A stretch of DNA of 64,000 bases from an uncultured Eubacteriales bacterium (GCA_900547745.1 URHT01000005.1:18838-82837), one strand, 5' to 3'; positions 38,176 through 49,344 are shown, counted from the first letter of the stretch. Numbers and translations are program-made. Notes: a model not told the origin generated them from the letters alone.

Positions 38176-38213
38176 ACACAGGGACGGCGCGTCAGCGCCG
38201 TCCCTGTGTTTTT
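38176..38213. terminator. terminator between convergent atoE and E2-like gene
   Basis: ACACAGGGACGGCGC...GCGCCGTCCCTGTGT plus TTTT. Confidence 0.8.
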
Positions 38214-38304
38214 ATATGTATTTACGATTCCCGAGCGGTTTCCCGGTCACACCGCCGCCGTCTCCCGCTCCTCCGCAGCCGCTGCCCCCGGCGCATCGCT
38301 GCCG

Positions 38305-39123
38305 TCAAAGGGCGTCTCCAGCAGCTCCGGCCGCCGGATGTACTTGGTACTTGCGGAAGTCGTTGCAGAACGCCGCGTACTCGTAGCCGGTGCAGATACG
38401 CTCGTCCATGACGATGCCCAGCGGCATCATCTTTTTGCTCAGATCGCCGCTCATGTAGTTGGGCACCGGCTTGCCCATGCACACGAACACGCTGGTGGTA
38501 CCGAATTCGTAGCAGTGGTGGTGGATGTAGCTGGTCTTGATGGAGGCCAGATTGGTGATAAACATGCTGGTGTGGAACGGACTGAGGTCGATGATCTTCC
38601 GGGGCAGCAGTCCGTGCTTGTCCAGATGATAGGCCAGCCACAGCACGAACTTGGGCAGGCCGGGTACGGAGAACATCATCCGCGCGAACCTGTCGGTGCT
38701 GTTCTTCTGCTCCGTCTGGCTGTTGGCGGCGATGACATCGCTGATCTTCTGCTGGATGGTGAACACTGTATCCTTTGGATCCAGATAGATCTTCAGCGTC
38801 GTCTCGTCCGGCGAGCCGTCCGCCAGCTTCTTCAGGATCACGAAGGACACGCAGAAGTGGTTGCGCTGGTAGATGCGGCTGTTCATCACGAAGTAGTTCA
38901 GCTTGGGATTTGTCTGCACCGCCTTGTAGTACGCGGCGATGATGACGGCCATGTGGTTGATGCGGACGCCGCCGCGCCGCTTCTCGCGGATGTAGGCCTT
39001 GATGACCTCCTCGTCGATGTTCTCGGTGATGCTGTTCTGCGCGTCGTACCGCTTGGGCATGATATAGGGGACAGCTGCCACGATAGGCGGCAGGTTCTTC
39101 ACTCTCGTTCCGTCAGGACGCAT
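38305..39123 (-). CDS. stand-alone 2-oxoacid dehydrogenase E2/CAT-fold acyltransferase-like protein; C-terminus frameshifted by a 7-bp duplication (restored stop would be at 38247)
   Basis: PKLNYF, SMFITNLAS, MDERICTG; TTGCAT-17-TACAAT promoter and GAGG RBS before ATG 39123. Confidence 0.72.
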   Translation of the reverse strand: MRPDGTRVKNLPPIVAAVPYIMPKRYDAQNSITENIDEEVIKAYIREKRRGGVRINHMAVIIAAYYKAVQTNPKLNYFVMNSRIYQRNHFCVSFVILKKLADGSPDETTLKIYLDPKDTVFTIQQKISDVIAANSQTEQKNSTDRFARMMFSVPGLPKFVLWLAYHLDKHGLLPRKIIDLSPFHTSMFITNLASIKTSYIHHHCYEFGTTSVFVCMGKPVPNYMSGDLSKKMMPLGIVMDERICTGYEYAAFCNDFRKYQVHPAAGAAGDAL

Positions 39124-39310
39124 GGGCAAACCCTCGATTCTGTCTGAATTGTGTTCATTGTACCCCATCTTTTCGACAAATGCAACCCGTACACGACCGT
39201 CAGCATTTTACCCTTTACCTTTTCCTCCGCGTTTGTTATAATAAAGTATTCTTACAACGATGAAACTGGCGGCATAGTTTCTGCCGCCGGCAGGAGGGAG
39301 GTGGCCCACC

Positions 39311-41401
39311 GTGAAATTTCAGAAATGGCGCATTGCCGAGCCGCACCCCGAGGCGGCGGCCCGTCTGACGGCGGCGGGTTATCCCTGTCTTGTGTCGGCG
39401 GTGCTGGCCTCCCGGGGCATCGCCACGGCGGAGGAGGCCGCCGCCTTTCTGGAGCATGAGCAGCGCCTGACCTACAGCCCCTTCCTCATGGCCGACATGG
39501 ACAAGGCCGTGGAGCGGGTGCAGCGGGCGCTGGCCGACCACGAGAGGATCGCCGTGTTCGGCGACTATGACGTGGACGGTATCACTGCCACCTGCATTCT
39601 GGTGGACTATCTCCAGAGCCGGGGCGCCGATGTGCTGCACTATATCCCTCGCCGCATCGAGGACGGCTACGGCCTGAGCGTCGACGCCATCGAGGGCCTG
39701 TACCGCAAGGGAACCCGCCTGCTGATCACCGTGGACTGCGGCATCACCGGCGTGGAGGAGGTAGACTTCGCCAACTCTCTGGGCATGGACGTGGTCGTCA
39801 CCGACCACCACGAGTGCAAGGAAACACTGCCCCGCGCCGTGGCGGTGGTAGACCCCCACCGGCCCGACTGCGGCTATCCCTTCAAGCATCTGGCGGGCTG
39901 CGGCGTGGCGCTGAAGCTGGCGCTGGCGCTGGGCGGCCCGGACAGGGAGGAGGCCCTGTTCTCCCGCTACTGCACGCTGGCCGCCATCGGCACCGTGGCC
40001 GACGTGATGCAGATGTCCGGCGAGAACCGCACCATCGTATCCCGGGGCCTTGCCGCCATCGAGCACTCCGACTTTATCGGGCTTCACGCCCTTCTGAAGG
40101 AGGCCGGCCTTGCCGGCCGTGAGATCACCTCCGTCCAGATCGGCTTCGTGCTGGCGCCCCGCATCAACGCGGCGGGCCGCATGGGCGCCGCCGACAAGGC
40201 GGCGGAGCTGCTGCTGTGTACCGACCCGGCGGAGGCCGAGCGCATGGCCCGCGAGCTGTGCGCCCTGAACCGGGAGCGGCAGAACGTGGAGCAGACCATC
40301 TACTCCCAGGCGGAGGAGATGATCGCCCGCCTGCCCGACCGCGACCGCAGCGCGCTGGTGCTGGAGAGCAGCCGCTGGCATCAGGGCGTGGTGGGCATCG
40401 TGGCCAGCCGCCTTTCCGAGAAATACTCCCGCCCCAGCTTCATGATCCACCTCAACGGGGACACCGGCAAGGGCTCCTGCCGCAGCTGGGGCGGCTTCAA
40501 CCTGTTTGCCGCGCTGGAAAACTGCAAGGATCTGCTGCTGGGCTTCGGCGGCCACGAGCTGGCCGCGGGCTTCACCATCGAGGAGGCCAATATCCCCGCC
40601 TTCCGTGAGCGGATGAACGACTATGCCCGCAGCTTCCGGGGCGGCGCGGCCCCGGTGTCCGTGCTGGACGTGGACGTGGCCATCACCCACCCCTCCGCCG
40701 TGACGCTGGAGGAGCTGGAGGCTCTGTCCGCGCTGGAGCCCTACGGCAGCGGCAACGCCCGCCCGGTGTTCTGCCTGCTGGGGGCCACGCTGCTGCGCAC
40801 CCAGAACGTGGGGCAGAACCGTCACCTGAAGCTGCGCCTTGGTAAGGGCAGCGCCCAGTTCGACGGCATTTTCTTCTCTACCGTGGCCGAGGACTGCGGC
40901 TGCCGGCCCGGCGACCGGGTGGACGCCGCCTTCTATTTGCAGGTCAACGAGTTCCGGGGCAGCCGGACGGTGCAGCTGCAGATGGTGGATCTACGCCCGT
41001 CCCTCCGGCCCAGCGGCCGGGAGCAGGAGTCTCTGGCGCTGGCGGAACAGTGTGCGGCGCGTCAGCCCATATCCGCCCGGGACGCCCGCCGTCTGCTGCC
41101 CACGCGGGAGCAGTTCGCCGCCGCGTGGCGCTTTCTGGAACGCACCGTCCCGGAGGGCGGCCTCACCACCGGCTATCTCCCGCTGCTGCGCACGCTGGCG
41201 GCGGAGTTGGGCAAGGCGGAGCCGTTCCCCCGTGCGGCCCTGTGTCTGGCGGTGTTTGCCGAACGGGGACTTCTGACGCTGGAGCGTCAGGGGGACGATG
41301 TGACCCTTCATCTGCACCGGGGGCGGAAGGTAGTGCTGGGGCAGTCGCCCCACCTGCTGTGGCTCCATGAGAATATTGAGAAAGGGGGCGTTGGACAGTG
41401 A
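39311..41401 (+). CDS. recJ: single-stranded DNA exonuclease RecJ
   Basis: GDYDVDGIT, ITVDCGI, TDHH, PRINAAGR, GGHELAAG; promoter TTTACC-17-TATAAT at 39214-39242. Confidence 0.96.
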   Translation: MKFQKWRIAEPHPEAAARLTAAGYPCLVSAVLASRGIATAEEAAAFLEHEQRLTYSPFLMADMDKAVERVQRALADHERIAVFGDYDVDGITATCILVDYLQSRGADVLHYIPRRIEDGYGLSVDAIEGLYRKGTRLLITVDCGITGVEEVDFANSLGMDVVVTDHHECKETLPRAVAVVDPHRPDCGYPFKHLAGCGVALKLALALGGPDREEALFSRYCTLAAIGTVADVMQMSGENRTIVSRGLAAIEHSDFIGLHALLKEAGLAGREITSVQIGFVLAPRINAAGRMGAADKAAELLLCTDPAEAERMARELCALNRERQNVEQTIYSQAEEMIARLPDRDRSALVLESSRWHQGVVGIVASRLSEKYSRPSFMIHLNGDTGKGSCRSWGGFNLFAALENCKDLLLGFGGHELAAGFTIEEANIPAFRERMNDYARSFRGGAAPVSVLDVDVAITHPSAVTLEELEALSALEPYGSGNARPVFCLLGATLLRTQNVGQNRHLKLRLGKGSAQFDGIFFSTVAEDCGCRPGDRVDAAFYLQVNEFRGSRTVQLQMVDLRPSLRPSGREQESLALAEQCAARQPISARDARRLLPTREQFAAAWRFLERTVPEGGLTTGYLPLLRTLAAELGKAEPFPRAALCLAVFAERGLLTLERQGDDVTLHLHRGRKVVLGQSPHLLWLHENIEKGGVGQ

Positions 41402-43602
41402 CGCCGCAGGAAATGTACGACCATCTCATCGAGACTGTCAAAGGCTATAATCCCGCCGCCGGCTTTGATCAGATCCACGCTGCCTACGAGTACGCCGCCG
41501 CCCACCACGCCGGGCAGAACCGGAAGGACGGCTCGCCGTTCATCACCCACCCGCTGGCCGTGGCCCAGATCGTGGCGGAGGAGCTGCATCTGGACACGGA
41601 GTCCATCGTGGCGGCCCTGCTTCACGATACCATTGAGGACACCTCCGCCACCCACGAGGAGATCAGCAAGCTGTTCTCCCCCACGGTGGCCGATCTGGTG
41701 GAGGGCGTCAGCAAGCTGACCCGCGTCCATTACACCTCCAAGGAGGAGGAGCAGATGGAGAACCTCCGCAAGATGCTGATAGCCATGGCCAAGGATATCC
41801 GGGTCATCCTCATCAAGATATCCGACCGTCTCCACAACATGCGCACCATGGAGTATCAGACGCCGGAGAAGCAGAAGCAGAAATCCTTTGAGACCATGGA
41901 GATCTACGCCCCCATCGCCCACCGTCTGGGCATGCAGAAGATGAAGTGGGAGCTGGAGGATCTCTCCCTGAAATATCTGGATCCCGTGGGCTACCGGGAG
42001 ATCACCGAAGCGCTGGATGAGAAGGCGGCGGAGTACGACGGCTTCATGTCCGCCGTCCACGATCAGATCACCACCCGTCTGCGTGAGGCGGGGGTGGACG
42101 CCACGGTGCAGGCCCGCATGAAGCACCCCTACTCCATCTACCGCAAGATGTATACCCAGAACAAGTCGCTGGACGACGTGTTCGACCTGTTCGCCTTCCG
42201 CGTCATCGTGGACACGGTGGCGGACTGCTACAACGTGCTGGGCCTGATCCACGACCTGTACAAGCCCATTCTGGGCCGCTTCAAGGACTATATCGGCACC
42301 CCCAAGCCCAACATGTACCAGAGCCTGCACACCACGGTGGTGGGCGAGAGCGGCATCCCCTTCGAGGTGCAGATCCGCACCAAGGAGATGCACGAGGTCG
42401 CCGAATACGGCGTGGCCGCCCACTGGAAGTACAAGCAGAACGGGCAGGGCGCCGGCGACGAGCGCGGCTACGAGTGGGTGCGCCGCCTGTTGGAGAATCA
42501 GGAGGACGCCGACGCCGAGGACTTCATCCACTCTCTGAAGGTGGACATGTTCGCCGACGAGGTGTTCGTGTTCACGCCCAACGGCGATGTGATCAACCTG
42601 CCCGCCGGGGCCACGCCCATCGACTTTGCCTATACCATCCACTCCGCCGTGGGCAACCACATGACCGGCGCCAAGGTCAACGGCCGCATTGTCCAGTTCG
42701 ACTACCACCTGCGCAACGGCGACGTGGTGGAGGTCATGACCAGCCGTTCGGCCCACGGCCCCAGCCGCGACTGGGTGAAGATCGCCCGCTCCAGCAACGC
42801 CCGCAGCAAGATACGCCAGTGGTTCAAGCGTGAGAAGCGTGACGAGAACATCGTCAACGGCCGCCAGAGCTTCGAGGCGGAGCTGAAGCGCACCGGCGTC
42901 ACCCTGAAGGAGCTGACCAGCGAGGAGAACCTCCCCGGCGTCCTGAAAAAGCTGTGCTACAACAGTCTGGACGACATGTACGCTGCCATCGGCTACGGCG
43001 GCGTGTCCGCCCTGAAGGTCATGGGCCGCCTGCGGGAGGATATCCAGCGCATCCTCCACCAGCACCAGACCGAGCGTCAGGCGGAGGTGCCGCTGGCCGG
43101 CCAGCCCCAGCAGACCCGTCCCGCCGTGCCCCAGCGTACCAAGGGGGAGCAGGGCATCGTGGTGGAGGGGCTCACCAACTGTCTGGTGAAGTTCTCCAAG
43201 TGCTGCACCCCCGTGCCCGGCGACGAGATCGTGGGCTTCATTACACGGGGCTACGGCATCTCCGTCCACCGGGCGGACTGTCCCAACGCCGACCCCGCCC
43301 GCCGTAAGCCGGAGGAGACGGGCCGCTGGATCAAGGTTTCCTGGGGCGGCAACACCCGGGAGAGCTACCGAACCACGCTGGAGGTGGTGGCCAAGGATCG
43401 CCTGAACCTGATCGTGGACATCTCCACGGTGCTCTCCAGCACCAAGACCCACGTTTCCTCCCTGAACGCCCGCAGCACGCCGGACGGCTTCGCCCTCATC
43501 ACGCTGGATACGGACGTGGCTGACAGCCAGCAGCTGCAGACGGTCATGCGCAGGATCGAGCAGATATCCGGCGTCATGCGCGTTACACGCCCCGCCGGTT
43601 AA
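41398..43602 (+). CDS. relA: bifunctional (p)ppGpp synthetase/hydrolase Rel
   Basis: [41 protein letters not shown] and ACT domains. Confidence 0.97.
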   Translation: MTPQEMYDHLIETVKGYNPAAGFDQIHAAYEYAAAHHAGQNRKDGSPFITHPLAVAQIVAEELHLDTESIVAALLHDTIEDTSATHEEISKLFSPTVADLVEGVSKLTRVHYTSKEEEQMENLRKMLIAMAKDIRVILIKISDRLHNMRTMEYQTPEKQKQKSFETMEIYAPIAHRLGMQKMKWELEDLSLKYLDPVGYREITEALDEKAAEYDGFMSAVHDQITTRLREAGVDATVQARMKHPYSIYRKMYTQNKSLDDVFDLFAFRVIVDTVADCYNVLGLIHDLYKPILGRFKDYIGTPKPNMYQSLHTTVVGESGIPFEVQIRTKEMHEVAEYGVAAHWKYKQNGQGAGDERGYEWVRRLLENQEDADAEDFIHSLKVDMFADEVFVFTPNGDVINLPAGATPIDFAYTIHSAVGNHMTGAKVNGRIVQFDYHLRNGDVVEVMTSRSAHGPSRDWVKIARSSNARSKIRQWFKREKRDENIVNGRQSFEAELKRTGVTLKELTSEENLPGVLKKLCYNSLDDMYAAIGYGGVSALKVMGRLREDIQRILHQHQTERQAEVPLAGQPQQTRPAVPQRTKGEQGIVVEGLTNCLVKFSKCCTPVPGDEIVGFITRGYGISVHRADCPNADPARRKPEETGRWIKVSWGGNTRESYRTTLEVVAKDRLNLIVDISTVLSSTKTHVSSLNARSTPDGFALITLDTDVADSQQLQTVMRRIEQISGVMRVTRPAG

Positions 43603-43663
43603 ACCCGCCCCCGTCGGGCGGGGCCAGTGTGCCCCGCCGCAAAACCAAAAAGGAGACATCGCT

Positions 43664-44110
43664 ATGAGAGCAGTATTGACCCGCGTGAAGCACGCATCCG
43701 TCACCATCGACGGCAAGGTACACGCCCGGATCGGGGAGGGCTTCCTCATCCTGCTGGGCGTGACCCATGAGGACACCGAGGCACAGGCCGTCAAGCTGGC
43801 GGACAAGCTGACAGGTCTGCGCATTTTCGAGGATGAGAACGAAAAGATGAACCGCAGTCTGGAGGACGTAAAGGGCGAGCTGCTCATCGTCTCCCAGTTC
43901 ACGCTGTACGGCAACTGCAAAAAGGGCCGCCGTCCGGAGTTTCTGGCCGCCGCCCGTCCGGAAATAGCCATCCCCCTGTACGAAAAGTTCGTCCAGCTGT
44001 GCCGCGACAAGGGCTTCCACACCGAGACAGGCGAGTTCGGCGCCTACATGCAGGTGGAGAGCCTGAACGACGGCCCGGTGACGCTGGTGGTGGACACCGA
44101 CCAGCTGTGA
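43664..44110 (+). CDS. dtd: D-aminoacyl-tRNA deacylase
   Basis: SQFTL, GRRP, NDGPVT. Confidence 0.96.
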   Translation: MRAVLTRVKHASVTIDGKVHARIGEGFLILLGVTHEDTEAQAVKLADKLTGLRIFEDENEKMNRSLEDVKGELLIVSQFTLYGNCKKGRRPEFLAAARPEIAIPLYEKFVQLCRDKGFHTETGEFGAYMQVESLNDGPVTLVVDTDQL

Positions 44111-44124
44111 GAAAGGAGCGCGCC

Positions 44125-44748
44125 ATGCACATCACATCCCTTCAGGTGGGGCCCATCATGACCAACTGCTATCTGCTGTGCGACGAAACGGCACAGGTCT
44201 GCGCCCTCATCGACCCCGGAGACGATGCGCCGCGGGTGGAGCAGATGGTGGCGCAGAGCGGCTGCACCCTGCAATACATCCTGCTGACCCACGGCCACTT
44301 TGACCACACCTCCGCTGTCCGCCCCCTGTTGGAGAAGTACCCCGACGTGCCGGTGTACATCCACGAAAAGGACGCCGCGGACACGGAGCGCGGCGAGCTG
44401 CTGTTCCGCAAGGTGGGGCCGGAGAACCAGCGCTTTTACAAGGAGGGAGACACCCTGCCGCTGGGCAGCCTGACCATCCGCGTGCTGGAGACGCCGGGCC
44501 ACTCCGAGGGTTCTGTCTGCCTGCTGGTAGAGGGGCAGAACGTCCTGTTCGCCGGCGACACCCTGTTCCGCTGCTCCTGCGGCCGGTGCGACTTCCCCGG
44601 CGGCGACTACCGGAAGATGCTCACATCTCTGGGCCGCCTTGCGTCGCTGGAGGGCAACCTGCGGGTGCTGCCCGGCCACGACCGGGAGACGACGCTGGAC
44701 TACGAGCGCCGCGTCAACCCCTACATGCGGCAAGGGGCGAAGCAATGA
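44125..44748 (+). CDS. MBL-fold metallo-hydrolase
   Basis: THGHFDH, TPGHSEG, GDTLF, PGH. Confidence 0.92.
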   Translation: MHITSLQVGPIMTNCYLLCDETAQVCALIDPGDDAPRVEQMVAQSGCTLQYILLTHGHFDHTSAVRPLLEKYPDVPVYIHEKDAADTERGELLFRKVGPENQRFYKEGDTLPLGSLTIRVLETPGHSEGSVCLLVEGQNVLFAGDTLFRCSCGRCDFPGGDYRKMLTSLGRLASLEGNLRVLPGHDRETTLDYERRVNPYMRQGAKQ

Positions 44749-46226
44749 AGCTGCAATTCCGTGGCCACGACGACCGCTACGCCATTGAGCAGAGCCTGCT
44801 GGCCTTCTTTCCGGAGGAGCGCCCCGTCTACGAGGCCCCCGCTCCCGGGGATGATGACTGCGCCTTCGTGTCCCTGACGGAGGGCAGCCGCTATGCCACC
44901 GGCGTCACCACCCTTCACTATCACGGCAAAACGGCGCGGGGCGTCTCCCGCGCTGCTCTTACGGACGCCCCCGATGAGTACGAGCGGGAGCGTCTGCGTC
45001 AGCGCGCCCTGAAGCTGTCGTTCTTCAAGGCGGCGCGGGACATCACCGGCGTCACCCCCAGCTGGGGGGCGCTCACCGGCATCCGCCCCGGCAAGCTGGC
45101 CCGTGCCATGCTGGAGCAGGGCAGAACGGAGCGTGAGACAGATCGCGTCCTGCGCGACACCTACTTCGTCTCGCCGGAGCGCCGCCGTCTGGCCATTGAG
45201 ACGGCCCGTGCGGGACTGGCGGCCAAGGGTGCGCTGCTGCCCAACGAGATATCTCTCTATGTGGGTATCCCGTTCTGCCCCACCCGCTGCGCCTACTGCA
45301 GCTTTGTCTCCGCCTCGGTGGAGAAGTCCTTCGGCCTGATGGAGCCGTATCTGGCGGCGCTGGAGCAGGAGATCACCGACGCCGCCCGCATGGTGTCGGA
45401 GACGGGTCTGCGCATCAAGTCCTTCTATATGGGCGGCGGTACGCCCACCACTCTGTCGGCGCAGCAGATGGATCACCTGCTGACCCATCTGAACAAGAGC
45501 TTTGATCTGACGGGCTGCGCGGAGTACTGCATCGAGGCAGGCCGCCCCGACACCATCACCCGGGAGAAGCTGCAGGTGCTGCTGGATCACGGTGCCGACC
45601 GCATCAGCGTCAACCCCCAGTCCATGGAGGACACGGTGCTGCGGGCCATCGGCCGCAGGCACACGGCGGCGGACATCGAGGCGACCATGGCGCTGGCCGC
45701 CTCCATGGGCTTCCCCCATGTGAACATGGATCTCATCGCCGGACTGCCCGCCGACACACCGGAGGGCTTCCGCCGCACGCTGGACAAGTGCCTGACCTTC
45801 GGCGCGGACAACATCACCGTCCACACCCTCAGCCTGAAAAAGGGCAGCCGCATCCTGCTGGAGGGTCTGCCCATCCCATCGGCGCAGGACGTATCCGCCA
45901 TGCTGGACTACGCCAACGACGCCCTGCGTGCCGCCGGGTTCACCCCCTACTACCTCTACCGGCAGAAGTACATGTCCGGCAGCTTCGAGAACGTAGGCTG
46001 GTGCATATCCGGTGCGGAGGGACTGTATAATATCTACATCATGGAGGAGCTGCACAGCATCCTGTCGCTGGGTGCCGGCGGCTCCACAAAGATGGTGGAT
46101 CCGGTACACGGCCGCATTGAGCGGGTCTTTCACCCCAAATTTCCCACGGAATACATCGCCCGTCCGGAGAAGATCCGGCAGGATCTGGAGACGTTCCGCC
46201 GGTTCCATGAGACTATGCTGAAGTAA
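44745..46226 (+). CDS. hemZ: HemZ-type radical SAM protein
   Basis: WGALTGIRP, CPTRCAYCSF, GGGTPT, EAGRPD, PYYLYRQK. Confidence 0.92.
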   Translation: MKLQFRGHDDRYAIEQSLLAFFPEERPVYEAPAPGDDDCAFVSLTEGSRYATGVTTLHYHGKTARGVSRAALTDAPDEYERERLRQRALKLSFFKAARDITGVTPSWGALTGIRPGKLARAMLEQGRTERETDRVLRDTYFVSPERRRLAIETARAGLAAKGALLPNEISLYVGIPFCPTRCAYCSFVSASVEKSFGLMEPYLAALEQEITDAARMVSETGLRIKSFYMGGGTPTTLSAQQMDHLLTHLNKSFDLTGCAEYCIEAGRPDTITREKLQVLLDHGADRISVNPQSMEDTVLRAIGRRHTAADIEATMALAASMGFPHVNMDLIAGLPADTPEGFRRTLDKCLTFGADNITVHTLSLKKGSRILLEGLPIPSAQDVSAMLDYANDALRAAGFTPYYLYRQKYMSGSFENVGWCISGAEGLYNIYIMEELHSILSLGAGGSTKMVDPVHGRIERVFHPKFPTEYIARPEKIRQDLETFRRFHETMLK

Positions 46227-46240
46227 GCGGGAGGTGCGGC

Positions 46241-47824
46241 ATGGCCCAGCGTCGCCACAACTTCATCAGCGGCGCCGCCGTGCTGGCCTTTGCCGTGGCG
46301 GTGACCAAGGTGCTGGGCGCCCTCTACAAGATCCCGCTGGGCAACCTGCTGGACAAGGAGGGCATGGCCCACTTCTACGCCGCCTATAACATTTACAGTC
46401 TGCTGCTGGTGCTGTCCACGGCGGGTCTGCCGCTGGCCCTGTCCCGTCTGGTATCCCGTGCGGCGGCGCAGGGCCGTCTCAACGCCCAGCGCTGCATTTT
46501 CCGGACGGCGCTGGCGCTGCTGGCTGTCATCGGCCTTTTGTGCAGCGCCGTCATGTGCCTGTTTCCCCAGTGGCTCAGCGGCCTGCTCCACGACTCGCTG
46601 GCCGCTCCGGCCATCCGGGCGCTGGGCCCGGCGGTGCTGTTCGTCTGCCTGACCTCTGCCATCCGGGGCTACACCCAGGGGCTGGGGGACATGACCCCCA
46701 CCGCCGTCAGCCAGATGACGGAGTCCGCCGGCAAGCTGGTCATCGGACTTGGCCTGTGCCTTGTGCTGCTGCACCGGGGCGCGGACTCGTCCTTGTGCGC
46801 CGCCGGAGCCATCGCCGGCGTCACCGCCGGATCGCTGCTGGCGCTGGCGGTGCTGGCCGTATTTCTCCTGCGCCGCCGGCGCATCGTCGCCTCGGATGCG
46901 CCCCCCGCGCGGGGGATTATCCTTCGTGAACTGCTGACCGCCGGCATCCCCATCACACTGGGCGCGGCGGGCATGAGCCTTATCACCCTGCTGGATCAGG
47001 GACTGGTGATGTCCACCCTCCAGAACACGCTGGGCTATACGGAATCCGCCGCCACCGCCCTGTACGGCGAGTACACCTTCGGCATGACGCTGTTCGCCCT
47101 GCCGCCCTCCTTCATCTACCCCGTCACCGTCAGTCTGGTGCCGGATATTGCCGCCGCACTGGCCCGGGGCGACCGTGCCGCCGCAGGGCGCAGCACCGCC
47201 GCCGCCCTGAAGCTCACCACCCTCGTGGCTCTGCCCGCCGGGGCGGGACTGGCGGTGCTGGCCGGGCCCATCCTGCACCTGCTGTACCCGGCGGTGCCCG
47301 CCACCGCCGAGGCCGCCGCCTACCACCTGACCATTTTAGGCATTGCCTGCATCTTTGTGTGCCTGATGGTGGCCACCAACGGTGTCCTGCAGGCCTACAG
47401 CAAGGAGTACATCCCCGTCGTCACGCTGCTGTGCGGCGGTATCCTGAAGATCGTCACCAACTACCTGATGGTGGGCGACCCCGCCACCAATGTCCGGGGC
47501 GCGCCGGTCAGCACCCTGTACTGCTACGCGCTGATCGTGGTGCTGAACCTCATCGCCATTGCCCGCTGTGTGCCGGAGCGGCCCTCCTACTTCCGCCTGT
47601 TCGGCCGTCCTCTGCTGATCACGGCGGTGATGGCGCTGGCCGCCCGCTCGTCCTACGAGCTGCTGGCGCGTGTCCTGCCGGTGCGCTGGGCCGTGCTGCC
47701 CGCCATCGCGGCGGCGGCGGTGGTCTACGGCGTGCTGGTGCTGGCGCTGGGCGCCGTGACCCGCGCCGATGTCATTGGCCTGCCCAAGGGTGATAAAATT
47801 GCCGGATTTCTGCATTTACGCTGA
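46241..47824 (+). CDS. MOP-family flippase (YabM/SpoVB/MurJ-like)
   Basis: KVLGALYKIPL, STAGLPLALS, RGYTQG..PTAVSQ; lies before mazG. Confidence 0.88.
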   Translation: MAQRRHNFISGAAVLAFAVAVTKVLGALYKIPLGNLLDKEGMAHFYAAYNIYSLLLVLSTAGLPLALSRLVSRAAAQGRLNAQRCIFRTALALLAVIGLLCSAVMCLFPQWLSGLLHDSLAAPAIRALGPAVLFVCLTSAIRGYTQGLGDMTPTAVSQMTESAGKLVIGLGLCLVLLHRGADSSLCAAGAIAGVTAGSLLALAVLAVFLLRRRRIVASDAPPARGIILRELLTAGIPITLGAAGMSLITLLDQGLVMSTLQNTLGYTESAATALYGEYTFGMTLFALPPSFIYPVTVSLVPDIAAALARGDRAAAGRSTAAALKLTTLVALPAGAGLAVLAGPILHLLYPAVPATAEAAAYHLTILGIACIFVCLMVATNGVLQAYSKEYIPVVTLLCGGILKIVTNYLMVGDPATNVRGAPVSTLYCYALIVVLNLIAIARCVPERPSYFRLFGRPLLITAVMALAARSSYELLARVLPVRWAVLPAIAAAAVVYGVLVLALGAVTRADVIGLPKGDKIAGFLHLR

Positions 47825-47872
47825 ACTTTTCGGTGTACCAACTCGAAAACCTCTTGCAATAGGAGCACAAGT

Positions 47873-48661
47873 ATGATAAATTTTGTTAGGAAAGCGCGCT
47901 ATGATTACGCGGATCTGCTGGAGATCATCCGCCTCCTCCGCTCGGAGGACGGCTGCCCATGGGACAAGGTGCAGACCCACCGGTCGATCCGCCGCGGTCT
48001 TTTGGAGGAGGCCTACGAGGCCGCCGAGGCTATTGACAACGACGACTCCGTTCTTCTCCGGGAGGAGCTGGGGGACGTGCTGATGCAGGTGGTATTCCAC
48101 GCGGACATCGAGTCCGACGCGGGCCGCTTCACCATGGACGACGTGTGCGACGGCGTGGTGAAGAAGCTGCTGTTCCGTCACCCCCATGTGTTCGGGGACG
48201 GGCGCGAGGACTCGCCGGAGTCGGTGCTGGTCAGCTGGGACAAGCTGAAGCGTCAGGAAAAGGGCCAGAAGACCGTGGCCGACAGCATGGACAGCGTGGC
48301 CCGGAGCCTGCCGGGCCTTTGGCGCGCCGAAAAGCTGCAGAAGAAGGCGTCTGCCGCCGGGTTCGAGTGGCCGGACGTGCAGGGCGCGCTGGCCAAGCTG
48401 GAGGAGGAAGTGTCCGAGCTGCGCCGCGCCGTGGAGGATGGCGGCAATGTGCCGGACGAGCTGGGCGACGTGCTGTTCGCCGCCGTGAAGGTGGGCCGCT
48501 TCTGCGGCTGCGACCCGGAGGATGCGGTCAACGGCACCTGCGAAAAATTCATCCGCCGCTTCCGCGCCGTCGAGGAAGGCGCGGCGGCGCAGGGGAGGGA
48601 GGTCTCCCAGCTGACGCTGGAGGAGATGACCGCCCTTTGGAACGGAGCCAAATGTTCTTAA
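47873..48661 (+). CDS. mazG: MazG family nucleoside triphosphate pyrophosphohydrolase
   Basis: GCPWDKVQTH, EEAYE, EELGD, RHPHVF. Confidence 0.93.
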   Translation: MINFVRKARYDYADLLEIIRLLRSEDGCPWDKVQTHRSIRRGLLEEAYEAAEAIDNDDSVLLREELGDVLMQVVFHADIESDAGRFTMDDVCDGVVKKLLFRHPHVFGDGREDSPESVLVSWDKLKRQEKGQKTVADSMDSVARSLPGLWRAEKLQKKASAAGFEWPDVQGALAKLEEEVSELRRAVEDGGNVPDELGDVLFAAVKVGRFCGCDPEDAVNGTCEKFIRRFRAVEEGAAAQGREVSQLTLEEMTALWNGAKCS

Positions 48662-48737
48662 TGCGATCTCGATCGTTTTGAGATATGCCGCCCGGTGGGA
48701 CGGCGCCAACAAATGAAAAAATTTGGGAGGAACTATC

Positions 48738-49013
48738 ATGAATAAAACCGAACTGATCGCCGCCGTGGCAGAGAAGACCGGCCTGTCCAAGAAGGACACC
48801 GAGGCCGCCGTCAACGCGACCCTGCTGACCATCACTGAGACCCTGAAGGCCGAGGAGAAGGTGCAGCTGGTGGGCTTTGGCTCCTTCGAGACGAAGAAGC
48901 GCGCCGCCCGCACCGGTCTGAATCCCCGTACCAAGGAGACCGTGGAGATCCCCGCCTCCAAGGTGCCCGCCTTCAAGGCCGGCAAGGCTCTGAAGGACGC
49001 CGTTGCTGAGTAA
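48738..49013 (+). CDS. hup: DNA-binding protein HU
   Basis: [37 protein letters not shown]. Confidence 0.97.
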   Translation: MNKTELIAAVAEKTGLSKKDTEAAVNATLLTITETLKAEEKVQLVGFGSFETKKRAARTGLNPRTKETVEIPASKVPAFKAGKALKDAVAE

Positions 49014-49080
49014 TGATGCCTTCACGGGAGCCGGTGTGACGCCACACCGGCTCCTTTTACCGTTTCAAAGGAGAACTGCT

Positions 49081-49344
49081 ATGCGTCTTGATAAATATCT
49101 GAAGGTGTCCCGGCTCATCAAGCGCCGCACCGTGGCCAACGAGGCCTGCGACAACGAGCGCGTTACCGTCAACGGCCGGGTGCAGCGCGCGTCCTACGAT
49201 GTAAAGGCGGGCGACGTCATCTCCATCCGCTTCGGCCAGAAGACCCTGACGGTGGAGGTGGTCAGCGTGGCGGAAAACGTAGGCAAGGACGCGGCGGCGG
49301 CCATGTACCGCGAAACCGCGCCCCAGCCGGACAAACTGTCATAA
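49081..49344 (+). CDS. yabO: S4 domain RNA-binding protein (YabO/RqcP)
   Basis: MRLDKYLKVSRLIKRRTVANEAC. Confidence 0.93.
   Translation: MRLDKYLKVSRLIKRRTVANEACDNERVTVNGRVQRASYDVKAGDVISIRFGQKTLTVEVVSVAENVGKDAAAAMYRETAPQPDKLS

Noticed and set aside
33433..44022. Very long antisense ORFs (e.g. 33433-35778 +, 41308-44022 -, also 2668-4170 +)
   Set aside because: Shadow frames opposite well-supported genes, expected from high-GC codon bias; no RBS or recognisable motifs.
44745..46226. HemZ radical SAM as part of a novel system
   Set aside because: Sits in the widely conserved rel-dtd-MBL-hemZ context with standard motifs.
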